Below are positions 49,088 through 63,109 of a DNA stretch of 64,000 nt, piece after piece. Under the pieces are notes generated by a model that was not told the origin of the DNA, searched no databases, and worked only from the letters and a program-made list of their open reading frames with translations. Numbering within the stretch: position 1 is the stretch's first letter; each line of letters opens with the position of its first letter. Source of the DNA: Lingula anatina. Lineage: Eukaryota > Animalia > Brachiopoda. Where the stretch lies: assembly GCA_051362555.1 (NCBI GenBank), contig CM120641.1, forward strand, positions 44,956,401 through 45,020,400. The letters are read 5' to 3'. The translations under genes and the position numbers were made by a program.

Positions 49088-50659
49088 GCTCAGTGTGTAG
49101 AGTTTGTCAGAAACTATTTCCTTTTGAAAAGTGATTCTCTTTTATACATGTAGCAGCGATTTCTTTCGTTTTCTAATGTATGCGTTTCCAAAATTCTACA
49201 ATTCCTGTTATTAATAAAGGAATAATACAAAAGAATTTTTCTTCATAGGATGCTTGAAACCAGGAATCATCCGGCTCTTTTGTTACACCACCAGTTACAT
49301 TATATAACGTTGTTTATGATATGAAATGACCAGAATAACAGTTCATTGAGGTCGTGATTTTGTTTATTTACCTATAACCCCTTTAATTTGCCACTGAAAT
49401 GCGACGGATGTACTTGCAGATAAAAAAGAGTATCTGACGTGTAAAGAATGCAAGTATTCATAAAAATATGACCAAGTTGTAAACCTACCGAAAGAAACTA
49501 ACTGGCATCCGCCTATTCACGTTTTTTTTCAGATAGAGGAATGTCTTAAAAAGAGAGAAACGCCGAAATTAATAGATGAAAATACAATGGGGGTTACTCG
49601 ATGTCGTTACTACTTCCTCATTCCTAAAAGGGAACAGCAGAATGCCAAAAATCGAAAAACAACTGTAGTGGAATTTCCCAGTTATTCCCCCCCCCCTCCC
49701 CCCGGAAGCTAGTTAAGGAATCCGTCTTCCCTCCATTTGGGTCTTTTTTTAAACGTCAAATTGCCCTCTGAATGTAGCAACACACACACGAACTCACACG
49801 AAGCAATGTTCCAAGCACTTACATGTATGCATGAAGTTTCTATGTCTGCACCCGCATGAAAAAGCGAGTTAACCGGGTATGCCCTTTTACTCATATCTGT
49901 GTATTACATTTTCTCGTTTTTAATGATCTTATTAAAGAGTTCAACATGTTGTATATATATATGTGTATGCATATATTTTATCTTTCATCTCTAAGAGGTG
50001 GCTAATAATAATAATTCTTTGGGAGAAAACTGGGTTGCATCCAATTAAGAAGTCATTTAAACTCTTAGGGAGGTTGGTAGGTTTTTTCATTTTTCTTTTT
50101 TTTTTTTTGCTTTTCTTCCTGTTTTGAAAAGTTAAAATTGGATTCATAACTTTTTACGATTTCTACATTTTTCTTATCCGCAAAGAAATTCAAGCTCTTT
50201 GGTTAGAGCAATCGACCGTTGTTTTTGCTTGTTCGTTGATTTTAAAACAAGCTTTTCTTTCACTTATATTGTAAATCACGACAAGCGTATGCCTTCGGGA
50301 GCATTAAATGGAAAGGGAAGTAACGCAAAGAAAAATATCTGGATCAATCGTTCATTTGCTGTTCTGTTACAGTATATAAGCTTAGTACTTCCCTTTTTAC
50401 AATTAAAAATAACACGGCTTATGGAGTGTTGAAAGTAAACAAATATCTGAATCAATCTTTCATTTTCAGATCTATACGCAAAGTACTTCCCTTTTCCGAT
50501 CAACAATAACGCACCTCTTGGAGTATTGTGCTGAGGTATATTTGGAATGGGAATGAGCCCTAACGCCTTTTTCTTATCAAGTGGTCTGCTACGCGGTCCT
50601 AACATGCGTTTTACCCCCTTAAACAACTTCTCAACAATTTCGCTTCTTGACGAAGTTAA

Positions 50660-51666
50660 TGCTATAATAACTCTTCCTTTGAGATTCAAAAATCCGCATG
50701 AAATACATTGTAAACAACGCATGGAAATATATTCTATTGTATTTTACCACTAAAACGGCCGTTATTGTAGGAAAACTAAAATCTGTGCTTGTCAATAGGG
50801 CTTTCGATCCCTTTTTTTCCGGTCGACAAGTGCATTCGTTGCTAATGACGTAATGGTGTCACGCGGATTCTCGCGTTCATTCGAGACCAAAATAACATGG
50901 CGGGAAACCCTCAGACCAGGGGGTGGAAACGCGCTACTTATATGATTAAGACGAGCCTGGCCGTCAGTACCGGATATTGTTTTGTGACCTTGAGGAGCAA
51001 TTAGGTTTGGTCGATGCGGCACGCATGAACAGTGGTTGAACTACCACACCTGGGTCTTTTGTTTTTGACAACTGTTCACTCGTCATCGAGGCGCTTGTTC
51101 AAGACTACAGGCTGATATCTACTAGTACTACCAGTGGCTTCATTAGTAACGTTCCCACAATACTTAGTTTTCTGTCTGTGCGTACATACCCTGAAAAAAG
51201 CCAGCCTCGCTGACGAGAACAATGGACGTTTCTCACCCCTCTCTAGGATTACCCCTGCTCAGACGTAAGTTGCGAGTTTTTGTACAGTGCGTGGGATAAC
51301 AAAAAGCCCAGAATGGCACACATTGTGGATATAAATGCATTTTTAACAAAAAGACGAATATATCTCATGAATCTTATATAGTGTTGTTGTTGTCTGCTTT
51401 TCCCGCGGTTTTAAGTAGGTCACCAGTGACTTTGCAATGTCAGAGAGAGCTCCGTCAGTTAAAATCTCTTAAGAGATTTTAACCTTGGACCTAAATTTAG
51501 GTCTATTTAGGTCCAAGTTTTAACAAAAAACCGTACGTTTAGGAAAAAAACCCTGGATTAACTTTGAATGCAGGAATGGGGTCGTTGGCCATTGGTAAGT
51601 ACGGGAAAATTGCCGTTTTTTCCAGGAAAATCCAATTTTTGGCCAAAACGAAGAGTTATTATGACT
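50660..51666. mobile_element. ~1-kb Kolobok-like element related to the 337-bp elements
   Basis: TTAA-tgctataataactcttc ... gaagagttattatgact-TTAA. It shares subterminal sequence (tccaggaaaa..ttttttggcc, ccattggtaagta) and the palindrome gttaaaatctcttaagagattttaac with 39500-39836. Confidence 0.75.
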
Positions 51667-52220
51667 TTAATATTGGCCGTATCGAACGAAGCTGAATCTC
51701 TAACGCAAAAGCTAGGCTACTGTAAATTAATTAAAGTTGCCAATCTCCAAAAGGGGACAGGTCCAGTCAAATTGTTGTTTTATCAAACTCCTTTAAAATA
51801 ATAAACCAATACTGAGTTTGGCTTTTTTTTGTATTAACGTGACAGCCCAGTGTAGACCTAATCATTGCTCCAAGGGTGTATTTACCTTAAATACAATGTA
51901 GTTAACGATAAATATACCTTACAATAAATACGTTTAACGATCTTGTACAAGCCAGCAGCAAGCAATTTCAAAAGAGGGTATTTTACATTGAATGCTTTGT
52001 GTACTTAGATCAAATTTTACCCAGAATGGACCTTTTCTGACAAAAAGGGCGATTCTTTCTGACCCCCTCCCCAACGGGCCTGTTTAATGATGGGTCTTTG
52101 TAAAATGCACTAGTACCTACAAGTTTTTTTGTTTTCCATTTACTAAACAGATGTGAAACATATAGTAACTAAGGCATATCAACCATGAAAAGAAATTTGC
52201 AACACATGGTCTTTCTTGTG

Positions 52221-52230
52221 TTTATTTATT
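52221..52230 (-). terminator. candidate polyadenylation signal (AATAAA) of WDR90
   Basis: tttatttatt on the plus strand, about 370 nt past the stop codon. Confidence 0.4.
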
Positions 52231-52596
52231 TTACAGTATTTAAAAATCCTCAATAAAACATGGATGAATAATTACATTGCTACACTCAGTTGTATCAAGT
52301 AAAAAACTAGAATAAATCACATTCACCATATATTTATTTTTAAAAACATTGACATATAGAAGAAACTATATACAACATAAAGCAACATAATGCAAAAAAA
52401 AAAAAAAAAAATGTAGAATTCATAAGCAAAATCTGTACAAATATTTTCATACACTCAAGTAAAAATCAGTAAGATTTAGTTTCCATAAAATTACAATAAT
52501 GAATTCTAGCTGCCTTTCCCTTTCAGTTCTCGATACAAATAAATTTAATATTTATAATCATAATTGAGTTCTCTTTTCTGTCATAGTCCTCATATT

Positions 52597-55500
52597 TTAT
52601 AGCGTAACCCTCCATACAATCAACTCCCCATATGCTATGGAGAACAGAAGGCTCCCATTGGGTGAAAATCTCACCAAGTGGACCGCGTCGCTGTGGCCTA
52701 CAAAGTCTTGAAAACTGCCTTCAAAGTAATCCATAAGTTTCACCAGGCGCTCTGAATGAAACAAAATAAAAAAAAAACATTTTATTATCAAAATCCAAGA
52801 AAAATTTTAGATCTTCATCTCCCGAGATCTAAGTATACTATTTTCCTTGTTTTTCCTCCTACGTGTAACAAAAGGAAACTTTCAATTCACTGCCATTATA
52901 CATGTATTACACTATACTACTTCCTCTTAGGCCCCATTCAGAATAGGGGACTAACTAGTCTGAGGGTCAAATATGGCCAACCCACTTGAATACTTCCCCA
53001 CAGGATATCTATTCAGTGTCTATTAGCAGATTAGACAGCAAGCTTTGTAGTGGGTCGCGGTATAAGACCCTCGGACTAGTTAGTACCCTATTCTGAATGG
53101 GACATAGTATATATAACCAATTCAGTCTAAGACTCCAATTCCACAGATTTTAGATCGATCTATCCCTGTGGGGAGTCTCACTAGATAACTGTCAGCTTAG
53201 CCGGCTTAAATGTCTGTCCCGCCTACTGAAAGCTGTAAGGGGGTGATTAACTTTGGTGCGCGCTCGGCTGACTGCAATTTAGCGTGAACCCCCAGGGAGT
53301 TAGGTCTATCTAAATCTTAATCTCTGGATCGATCTAAATCTCTGGGAATACACCCTAAGGCGACTCACCGTTCACAGCCAGTCCAACCAGGCTGCCAGTG
53401 GGGGAGAGATCCATGCTACTGGCCCAGTGTGTTAGGGCGGCAGTTCTCACCACCTGAACAAGAAATATGGCACAAGATACAGTACAGAAAATATAATGGT
53501 ATTTTACTGCATCAAATAAATTATTCACAGCTAATATAGGCAAAATTTGCAGTCCAATATTTGGTCTTTCTACATGTAGAAATCTATCTAAAATCCTATT
53601 TTTACCTGTTGTTGTGAAGACCTGTTACATGTAAAAGAGGATTCTCTTCTATTTTTCTATCATTTCCCCTCAAGGTGTTTACTTTTTCTTACATAATTAT
53701 ACCATTAAAGAGAAAACAATCAGAGTCAATAAACAGTCACACTAATCACACACACAAAAAGGTTATCCTGCATTCTTACCTTCCTCTGTGCCATACGATA
53801 GAAATGGACCAGCTTCTGCATGCCATACCCAGTGTACACTATGATGTCTGGTTCATCCACAGAGAACCTGGCCAGACTGGGAGGCAACAGGGAGTAGGAA
53901 TTCTGGGGACAGACAGACAGACAGTTGCTATGGTTACAGTGTACTTCTTTATAAACTTTAATCTATTATTTCAATATACAAAATTCACTCTGTAAAATTT
54001 CTTTCGGCTATAGAGTTAGATTATTCTAGATAATAAAAATGCTAAACCACTTCGATGGACTATGTTTCAAAAATAGTTAAATGTGAATATATTACATTTT
54101 TCTCAACCAAATTATAATAAGTTGAGTTTTAGGCCATGTTCTATCCTGAAGTAAGCCCAGATATTAATATTATCTTCATCTGTACATATATATTTAAAAA
54201 CACGAAAATAACATTTTGAAAGTGTTAAAACACTTCTTTGTTCAATATTGTCTGAACAAAGTATCACGTAATCTTGTAACCCAAAAAGTCGACATTTTAT
54301 TTAATGATCTACGAAATTCATTCAAACTGATGAAATTATTTTTTCATTATTCAATACAACTTATCTCCTTATCGCTAATAAGAATGCGCTTTTATATAGA
54401 AATTTTATATAAATAAAAAAAATATTTTTCAGAATTAAACAAATCTACCTCATCTCCTTTCTTGAGAACAGTGCCATCTGGTGTGAATCCAGGAGCAGGG
54501 AAGGTCAACCAGTCCACCAACTCACAGAAGTCCTTGGTCCAGTCTGCTGACCACACACTAACCCGGCGGTCAGCACTGGTGGCCAGCCACAGAGAGGGGG
54601 CACTGATACCAAAGTTACTGTCCTGAAAAATAAATGACAGATGGAGAAATTAAGTAGAAACAACCTAGACACAGCAATGCATAGATAATTTTAACTAAAT
54701 GCTAAAGTTTAAATTTAGCACAGCTAGGAAGATGCATATTTGTTCAACTCATATTTATCAACAATTTGACTCAAAATTTTGATTTGGCTAAAATATTTCA
54801 GCTATTTGACTTGAAGAGGAGATTTAATTGCCTGTTGATAACATATATGTAACATGTACAGATTCACCCTCAGTGTAAGGGCACATATTTTTACTTAGTA
54901 AAATTTATTCCCACATACAAGACAAAAATTATGAACAGGATTTATGCAGTACTATTTATTAAATGTATATAATGAACTGTAAAAGATACAGAACAATATT
55001 AAACCACTACTTATAAGCCTAAAAATATCTATACATGGAAGTATTTAAAATAGAACTGCAAAGTAATTAGTATAAAAGGTTCTGGACCAACATACCTCCT
55101 TTAATGTGACATCAATGTTGGTGATGGGAGCTCCCTTGTGGTCACTGATCACCCTGACAGTCATCCCCGTGGTGGGACTACTGACCGCTATGAGGCCGTC
55201 ACTGCCACCTGACAGCAACATACGACCTAGGGGAGACAAAGAGCATGTCTCAGTTTTGTTAATATCAGAAGTTTTACCAAAATCTAAAATTTATTTTAAT
55301 AGTTTGAACTTCAATTTACATGGGTGACACTATTTTTCATACATAACTGATTATTATTTAAAGAAAAAAAAAATAAATAAAACCGAAAAAATAAACATAT
55401 TTTCTGATATGTTCGTTCTCATCGCAACCAAGGGCTTGTCTTAAAATAAAATTATGAGTATGAAACAGAAACTTCTCTGAAATTTTCACAAATGTTACAG

Positions 55501-55852
55501 TAAACTTCTTCAAAAGTTGAAAATTTTCTGCAGTCTCCCATGTAACCAAAAGAACAGGGATTAAGCCAAAACCATCAGTCTTACCATCTGAGGAAAAGTT
55601 GATGGCGGTGACGGTGACAGCGTGAGGATGCATCTTGAGGATCAGCTCCACTTTATTTAGGTCAAACATCCTCACTGTGCCGTCGCTGTATCCTGCAGCC
55701 ACATGTGGAAGTAGTAGTTTACTGGGCTCTCTAGAGTGGGACACCACTGGCGCACTGGTGCTGAGGTTACTGACAGTGGTTCTGGTGCTTTGATCAGATC
55801 TTGGTGGTGCAAAACACAGACATGTACAGGCCTGGAATAAAGATTGAAAAAG

Positions 55853-55893
<41 letters not shown>

Positions 55894-58800
55894 CTTTTAC
55901 ACTTGCACTGACTGTTTGTATAAATACCAATCCAAATCAAATTTATACAAGATTCTGTTTACCTGCTCCATGACTTGAAACTGTAGCGTTTGCTCCCTAT
56001 CGTGTACAGACCACATTCTGAGACTCCCGTCATCCCCACAGGTGGCAAACAGGTCATCATTGGCAAAGGCCAATCCATTGACCTACAGAGAGAATGTTAG
56101 ATTACAATATGACTTTTAAAATGTACTTTAGATTTACACATGCATAAAGTAAATATTTGCCAAACATATTCTTATTTAACAAAGTATGTGGTTTTTCATC
56201 AAACTTATCATTTAACACATAAAGTTCTTTCCATAACACACTTGTAAATGAGCGTGTAATATATATAAAAAAGAGACAATGTCCCAGACTCCTTACTTTG
56301 GTCATATGTCCTGTGACCAGTCTTATGGAGGTCCTTTCTGTCCAGTTGATGTACCACAGTGTGCCTGTCTCTGTGCCAACTATACCCTGGAAAACACACA
56401 GAACACATTGTACACAAGATGAAAATAAAAAGTATTGTAGTTATACAGAATTTGGAAAAGAACCATAAAACCATCTAAGACCATCTAAGTGGTAGGTAAA
56501 AATTGTTTTATATCTCAGTAAATTCCTTCTTATCAACTTAGTGCAATTCAGACTGGTTTCCTTGGAGTGTCTTGAAATGAAATTTAAGTATTAGTGCTTT
56601 CCAACCAAGCAAAAAATATATATCACATCAATTCTACAGAAAACCAAATTTCATAAATTTGAAATATGACAATATTGATTTTCCAGATAAGTTAGTTAAT
56701 TTATTTGTAAAATCAAAACCATGAACTAAAATTAATGATAAATTGGACTTAAAGCAGCAGCAAAATATTTTACATTTTCTTAAGCAGAATTTGACTAAAA
56801 CAGACACGAGCCTAGGTTTCAAAAACACCTCTGAGCATTTGTCATGGGACCCAACACCTAAACTTGATGAATCTCAGAAACCATCAGAATTGAATAAACA
56901 AACGCACATTTCCATGGAAAAAGCTCTTGTATGCTAAAAGCTACTCAGTCAGAATGAACGCTGCCAAATAAAATTCAGTCAAAACCAACTCAAATTCCAA
57001 TAAAGCCAAACTATTTGGCAAAACTTTTATATCCACCATGTCTAAAGTGTCATCAAAGGCAGCACAGGAGATGGGGCCATCCAGATTCATCTCGTCCTCC
57101 ATAGTGAGTCCCTCTTGTCTCATGGTGTAGTGACTTCCTGGTAACTTTAACTCTCCAATTCCAACCACTGACCAAAGCCGGAGGTTGTGACCAACACTGC
57201 CCGTCACTAGGCGACCACTGCGGCACACTACTGCACCTGAGAGTGGAGAAAATAATTTTAAAATGTTTATGTCTGAGTGAAATAAATAGCCATCAAAGCA
57301 AGGTCCTTATTGCTCATTTAAAAGAAATAGTGACAAGATGGCTACCCATTTTACCAATAAACTGACATGTCTATTTGTCAGTCACTTGCATAAATAATGG
57401 AAAAATAAAGAAAAGTTGAGTCATTGTACAACTAAATCACAAATCCAAATCAAAACAACATACACAGTGACAGCAGTGTAATATATTTGGTCAAAATATC
57501 AAAATTACTAGTTGGAGGGGAACAGCAGCAATTTTCAATCAGTATGCCTACCAGTTCTAGTGACAAGCAACTGGGCCGAGGGTTTTAAGAGACTGAATGT
57601 GTCAACCAATCAATTCAACTCAATTTTACCTATTTCTTTGCCGTCTGCCTCAAAATGCATGAAGCAAGAATTGTGCCTTGTGTCCCAGGCGGTGACTTTG
57701 CCATTGTTGGTGGTGATATACAGGGTGCTGTCTCCTCCATAGCATGCAGCTGTGAAGTCCACCTGACCACTCCCCTAGTAACATATAAATTTTTTACTAT
57801 GTCTGCAAACAGATTTATAATTTGTATTATTTTTCTTGTGAATAATCAGTTTGTTTGTTGTGTTGACAGTGTATTATTTGTCAGTGGATTTAAATAATCT
57901 TTACATATAACATATTGTTTGGCACATAGATATTTCCATAGAGTGCATCATGAAAGAATCTATCAATGTAGGAAAGTGAACACTAATTCCATATCATGCT
58001 AAGTTAGCCAGTCTACTTGGTAATAAATTAAAGTCACTTGACATGATTCTACCATACAGCTAAAACCAAAAATATTCCAATATTGAAAGTGACAATTTCA
58101 AATGTCCCCCACCCACTTACCATGTGATGTGTCTGTAGCACCTCCTCTGGCACCTCTGCCTCATGGACATTCAGCACCACGTCAGCCCCCGTCTCGTCTA
58201 GCAACCAGAACAGCACACTCCCATTCTGCCCCACTGTGACAAACTCATTCATGGTGTAAGGGTCAAAGGTCAGCTGGTGTATGGGGAGGGAGGTGTGGGA
58301 GGTTGTGAGAACAGCATAGGTCTTCGTATCCCATACCACAACTGAGCATTCTCTGTAGTCACCTGATGATGAACAAGGAAAGACAAGCATTTTATCTGTG
58401 CTTATTATATTTGTCTCATCCTATCTTGATCCCTGGATAGCTTGCTTATTCAAGTCTGGTGCTGAGATTACAAAAGAAATAAAGGTTGAAAGTTGGTTTA
58501 AGAGTTAGGGCGAAAAAGTGTAATTCTTTTTTTCAATCCAGAGGAAATTTGCAGTTGGTCATTAAAATAAAGTACATATTATACCAAAAAAATCTGACAT
58601 TTCTTAATTTCTCAAAAAAGGTGTATAATGTAACTGCCTATGTGCATCTTTTTTCTTTTTCTTTTCTTTTTTTTTTTTTGTCTTTAGGTTTAAATCATGT
58701 TTTACCAGCAGGGACTGGTTTCAACAAAGAACTACAGACTGGAAGTCAGTCATGACAGTTCTCTTTTAAAACTATGCTCCCAGGGTGGCATCCCCCTGTT

Positions 58801-60860
58801 ACACTCACCTACAGAGATGAGGAACCTGTCATCCCTAGAGTAGGCCATACACACCACTTCCTGTTCATGATGACTCAGCACTTTATGACAAACCATCTGC
58901 TGAAGATCCCACAGGCATATCTGACTCTGGGTCAGTCCTGCTCCGCCACTGGCCGAGGCCAACACCTGGAATTGTCAAAAATACTGACATTATAATTATC
59001 AACTAACATGAATTTGCTAGTCTATTAGTATAAAAAACAAAGCAAGTTTTGTGATAATAACTAGAGATCAAGCATGGAGGCTAATAACAGTAACAGATGG
59101 CAGTACTTAAAACTTATTTTATGTTGGGAATACTGAAATAAAAAAAAAACATTAGCAGGGATTAATTTGCTCTGAATAACTGGAGACAAAGAAGTTGACA
59201 AAGGACATAGGAAAGTATCAAAAACACAATTTAAATCCATTCTATGAAGCATATACATATATGTCTTTTGTTCATTAATAAAACTAGCACCACTAGTGTT
59301 ATCATCAATACAATATCAGTATTAAGCCCCACCCACCTGACAATCATTCTGTAAAGCTAATACATTAATATCAGTATTAAGCCCCACCCACCTGACAATC
59401 ATTCTGTAAAGCTAATACATTAATATCAGTATTAAGCTCCACCCACCTGACAATCATTCTGTAAAGCTAATGTTGAGATCTCCTCCATGTGACCTATAGT
59501 GACAATCATATTGAATATTAACAATCAAAACTTTGTATATAAATGCATAAATGGTTACAGTTAAGATTCTCAAAACCCAGTGCCACTTCAAACATGTCAT
59601 TGCTCTTCAAAAAAAAAATATATAAACAAAGGACTAAAGGTTAAACACTAAACTCTGAAAAAAGTTGTGAATGTAAGCTGTGTGAATAAGGCTGCACTTG
59701 TTGGAGAAGGCTTACAGCACATTAAAACTTTTCCAGAGTTTTGACCCTGTTATTAAAAAAAATCTTGATTGATGAAGTCATGTAATGTCTAAAAGACATA
59801 GCTGATGAAAAAAATCCTATCAATATATAATCTGATTTTGTTTAATCAACCAACTGTCCATTACAAAGACATTACTGTGGATTGGGACACTTCTGATTAC
59901 TTCCCCCACCTACCTATGAGGTGCCTCTGTGTACTCTGACTTAGGTCTTCTACTACAATTATACAGCCACAAGTGTAAGCAAAGAAACCTGAAACGTAAA
60001 TTATACCAGTTTTTTTACATCATTACACTGTTGAGTTAAACAAAACCTGATGGCAAAATAAATAAATAAATAAATAAAAAAATAAACCATTGGAGGAGTC
60101 ATCAGTGACAAACAGGAGCTGCCCTTGTTAAAGGAAACACAACACTGTTACAGTCTACTGAAAGGCATCGTAAATCCACACAGATTTTCAATAAAATTGT
60201 ATATTACCTATTACATGTCATATAGTTTACCTGTATCTGGCTGCCAGATCATGTTGTCTCTTCCATTGCCATTATATCCCAGTACAGACATCAGCTGTAG
60301 GCCAGCCTGGTTAGGGGGAGCAACATAACGGCGCTAGAACAGATAATATTTCATGTCTGGTTTTATTAATGTGTACAGTTAGGCTTTGCATAAATGCAAT
60401 CACCATAATTATTGGGTAAAAAAAATCTAAAGCTGGCCCCTGTATAAAATTGTAAAACTGGCCCATGTGAATTAATATAAGTTATCCTGCTTTAATCTTT
60501 TTTTCAAATCACCTGTGCCAGCTGACAAGTCTTGGGTCTGGGTTTGAAGTGTTTATGTACAGCAGGTGGTGGATGAGCCATGACTCCGGCAGACTTCCTG
60601 AGACTTCTGCTGCTGACTGTGGCACGGTGCTTGGCTGGAGACTTGTACCTTTGGTGGGGCTGTACTTGGGGGCTGTGTCCCAATGTTTCATGACCTACTA
60701 TCTCTGCCACCTGGAGGGGAAGGATTGGATTCAATGACCTTTTTGAACCTATTTGTTACCTAGAGTTATCATTTTTACATGTTTCAATTGTTGGGATTAT
60801 GTTCAAGTTCCCCTGGTACTGGCTATGACAGTTTTACCATCTAATAATAATAATAATAAT

Positions 60861-60893
<33 letters not shown>

Positions 60894-61233
60894 CAAAAGA
60901 AACAAAAAAATATAACTCATGTGTACAGTACTGAGAGATCATTATTATATAATATAAATATCTATAACCCATGTGCTACATGCTGATTCAGTTGCATACA
61001 AATATCTTTAATCATTAAGTAGACATTATGTCATATGTCCTACGCACTGATTCAGTATCTGTGGTCTCTGTGTCCCCAGCCTTCTCCTGGAGCTGTGGTC
61101 CAAACAGCACCTCCTCCTGGTCTTCATCAGGCTCATCAAATCCCACATCTAGACCAAGATCATGATAAATACAATATATGACATGACGTAATATATCAAA
61201 CATAGTGTTATATATAACAGCAGCCAAATATAG

Positions 61234-61280
<47 letters not shown>

Positions 61281-63109
61281 CATGCATGTGAGTGTGTGCA
61301 TTTATGCATGTGGATTAGGGGAGAGAGGGAGTAAACATGCAGCAGGGCTTAAATATTTTAACGAATTACTATTATATCATTACTAATACTTAAATACAGT
61401 CAAAACCATAAACACGAAAATAAATCACTCTTAACATTCCAAATTATTTCTATCCATAATTATACAAAGGCTCAAGGATTAATAGATACCTCCATTAGTG
61501 GTCTTGTGCAGAGCACTGACTTCAGAGATCTTGGGGTCATATTTGGCAGGTTTGGGGGGACTTCTCCTGGGCATGTCTGTCAGGGACATGTTCAGACTTC
61601 TACGGACTGGGCTCTTGAACTGGACCTCCTCTCGCTCAGCTGATACATAACATGTTTAAAGCAAGGTGAGAATGGGTTTAAAGCTTTATATCAACTAGAA
61701 AGCTTGATACCCGCCATTACAACTGATTATTAACCATTATTATTAAATGGTCTTTTAATCCAAATTCAATATCACCTCCTTCAACCCAGGGATTATGTGG
61801 GATACTCTGAACACTCTCTTATTGGTGAATTTTCTGTATGTGTATGTTCAAAGTAAGTGTATGGAGTATGAGCACATGTGTGTGTGTGTGTGAGCGTACG
61901 TGCATGAGAGAGTGTGTATGTGTGTGTGTGTGTGTGAGGCAGGAACTGTTAAGTGTCAAAATGATAAATTTCCTAAGGGAGACTCAACTCACCATCCTCC
62001 CTCGGAATGTAGCTTTTCACAGGAGTTCTGCCTCTGAAATGACAACATACTTTCCAATAAAATGAAGCTGGAATAGTCTTAGACCCCATTCCCAAAGATT
62101 TTAGATTGATCTATCCCTGTGGGGAGTCTCACTAAATTACTGTCAGCTAAGCTGGCTTAAGCGTCTGTCCCGCCTACTAAAAGCTGTAAGGGGGTAATTA
62201 ACTGTTGTGTGCGATTGGCTGACTGCAATTTAGCATGAACCCCCAGGGAGTTAGGTTGATCTAGATGGATGGATCTAAATCTCTGGGAATGCACTCTTAC
62301 ACAAAGAGAAAAGAAAGACCATAAAAGACATTTGAATCAAATACAAAGGGAAAGAAATGTTAATTAATCCCCCCCCTTTTTTTTGAAAGCACAGAATTGG
62401 ATATTGGATATGAATAACATTTCTTTTTGAGTCAAAGAAATCAAATATGTAAAAAACCTCACACCGTGATCGATTAACAGAACTAATACTGAGCAGCAGA
62501 CTCACTCCAGTGTCTCCACCTCTCTCTTGTTAGCCATGAAGTCCCAGAGGAAGATGGCCTCCCCAATGCTGACTACACCTAGACTGTCAGGTGTAAACAC
62601 CACCTTGCTGATCTTCTCTGTGTGACCTATGAACACCTGGATTTATCAATTAAATTAATATAATGATAATAATAAGATTAAGAAGCCGAACATAAAAATT
62701 TTCTAATCTCCACCCCCCCTCCCCCAATCTCATTCACTAAAAGTTGAAAAGCGTATTACAAGTATTCTAAGGTGAATAAAAATCCCATCTACTTTTTTTC
62801 TTTTTTTTTTTGTTATATTGAAGAAAACTAAGACGTTTCACAGTACTGTCGTAAAATCTATTTGCTGAATCATTTACTATGAATATCTGTTTTAGTTTTC
62901 TTTCTGACAAATTCAGTATCATTGTTATAAAATAAACAACATCTATTAACCAATTTCTTGGGTTTTAAGATCTGAAGTACCTGAAAGTTAAGGTCCAATC
63001 TCATGTGGTAATCCCAGACTTTGATGACCCGATCCCCTGCTGTGACAAGATGGCGACCATCACGAATGACGTCAAGGGAGGTGCAACCACTACGATGAAT
63101 GTTATTCAT
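52597..63109 (-). CDS. WDR90: WD repeat-containing protein 90 (centriolar, POC16), 3' part: 21 exons, ~947 aa; the 5' part is beyond the right edge
   Basis: GT-AG exons with consistent phases: 62981-63109, 62506-62636, 61993-62033, 61490-61639, 61048-61148, 60513-60710, 60231-60333, 59914-59988, 59447-59493, 58809-58965, 58121-58362, 57630-57774, 57037-57236, 56297-56386, 55963-56082, 55585-55831, 55096-55226, 54449-54622, 53780-53902, 53369-53453, 52597-52751. The peptides VLGYNGNGRDNMIWQPDTGFFAYTCG..VVEDL, GHMEEISTLAL..VLASASG and C-terminal QDFVGHSDAVHLVRFSP..LLFS match WDR90 as I recall it. Confidence 0.92.
52930..53104. mobile_element. MITE family A, copy 2 (last WDR90 intron)
   Basis: Homologous along its length to 9362-9536. 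TIRs are ggccccattcagaatagggg and taccctattctgaatgggac. Confidence 0.8.
53131..53355. mobile_element. MITE family B, copy 2 (last WDR90 intron)
   Basis: The interior is the reverse complement of 15004-15218. TAA flanks both sides. Confidence 0.85.
55858..55890. repeat. (TA)n microsatellite
   Basis: Read directly. Confidence 0.9.
59312..59471. repeat. 55-bp tandem repeat (~3 units) overlapping a WDR90 exon end and splice donor
   Basis: The unit aatatcagtattaagccccacccacctgacaatcattctgtaaagctaatacatt starts at 59312, 59367 and 59422. Confidence 0.9.
60843..60890. repeat. (AAT)n microsatellite
   Basis: Read directly. Confidence 0.9.
61236..61276. repeat. (TG)n microsatellite
   Basis: Read directly. 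Confidence 0.9.
62082..62296. mobile_element. MITE family B, copy 3 (WDR90 intron)
   Basis: Colinear with 53131-53355. TTA flanks both sides. Confidence 0.85.

Larger units (their letters stand above)
37166..49290. repeat. recent ~6.25-kb tandem segmental duplication (units carrying TLR copies 4 and 5)
   Basis: Intergenic DNA at 37166-40308 and 43400-46555 is nearly identical by eye, at an offset of about 6235-6252, and includes the same transposon insertion. Confidence 0.9.

Noticed and set aside
50276-50722. 148-aa ORF with an internal NERLIQIF repeat
   Set aside because: It straddles the boundary of the Kolobok-like element and a short local DNA duplication, and resembles no protein I recognise.
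59312-59471. CRISPR-like appearance of the 55-bp repeats
   Set aside because: There are no unique spacers and the context is a eukaryotic intron; it is a minisatellite.
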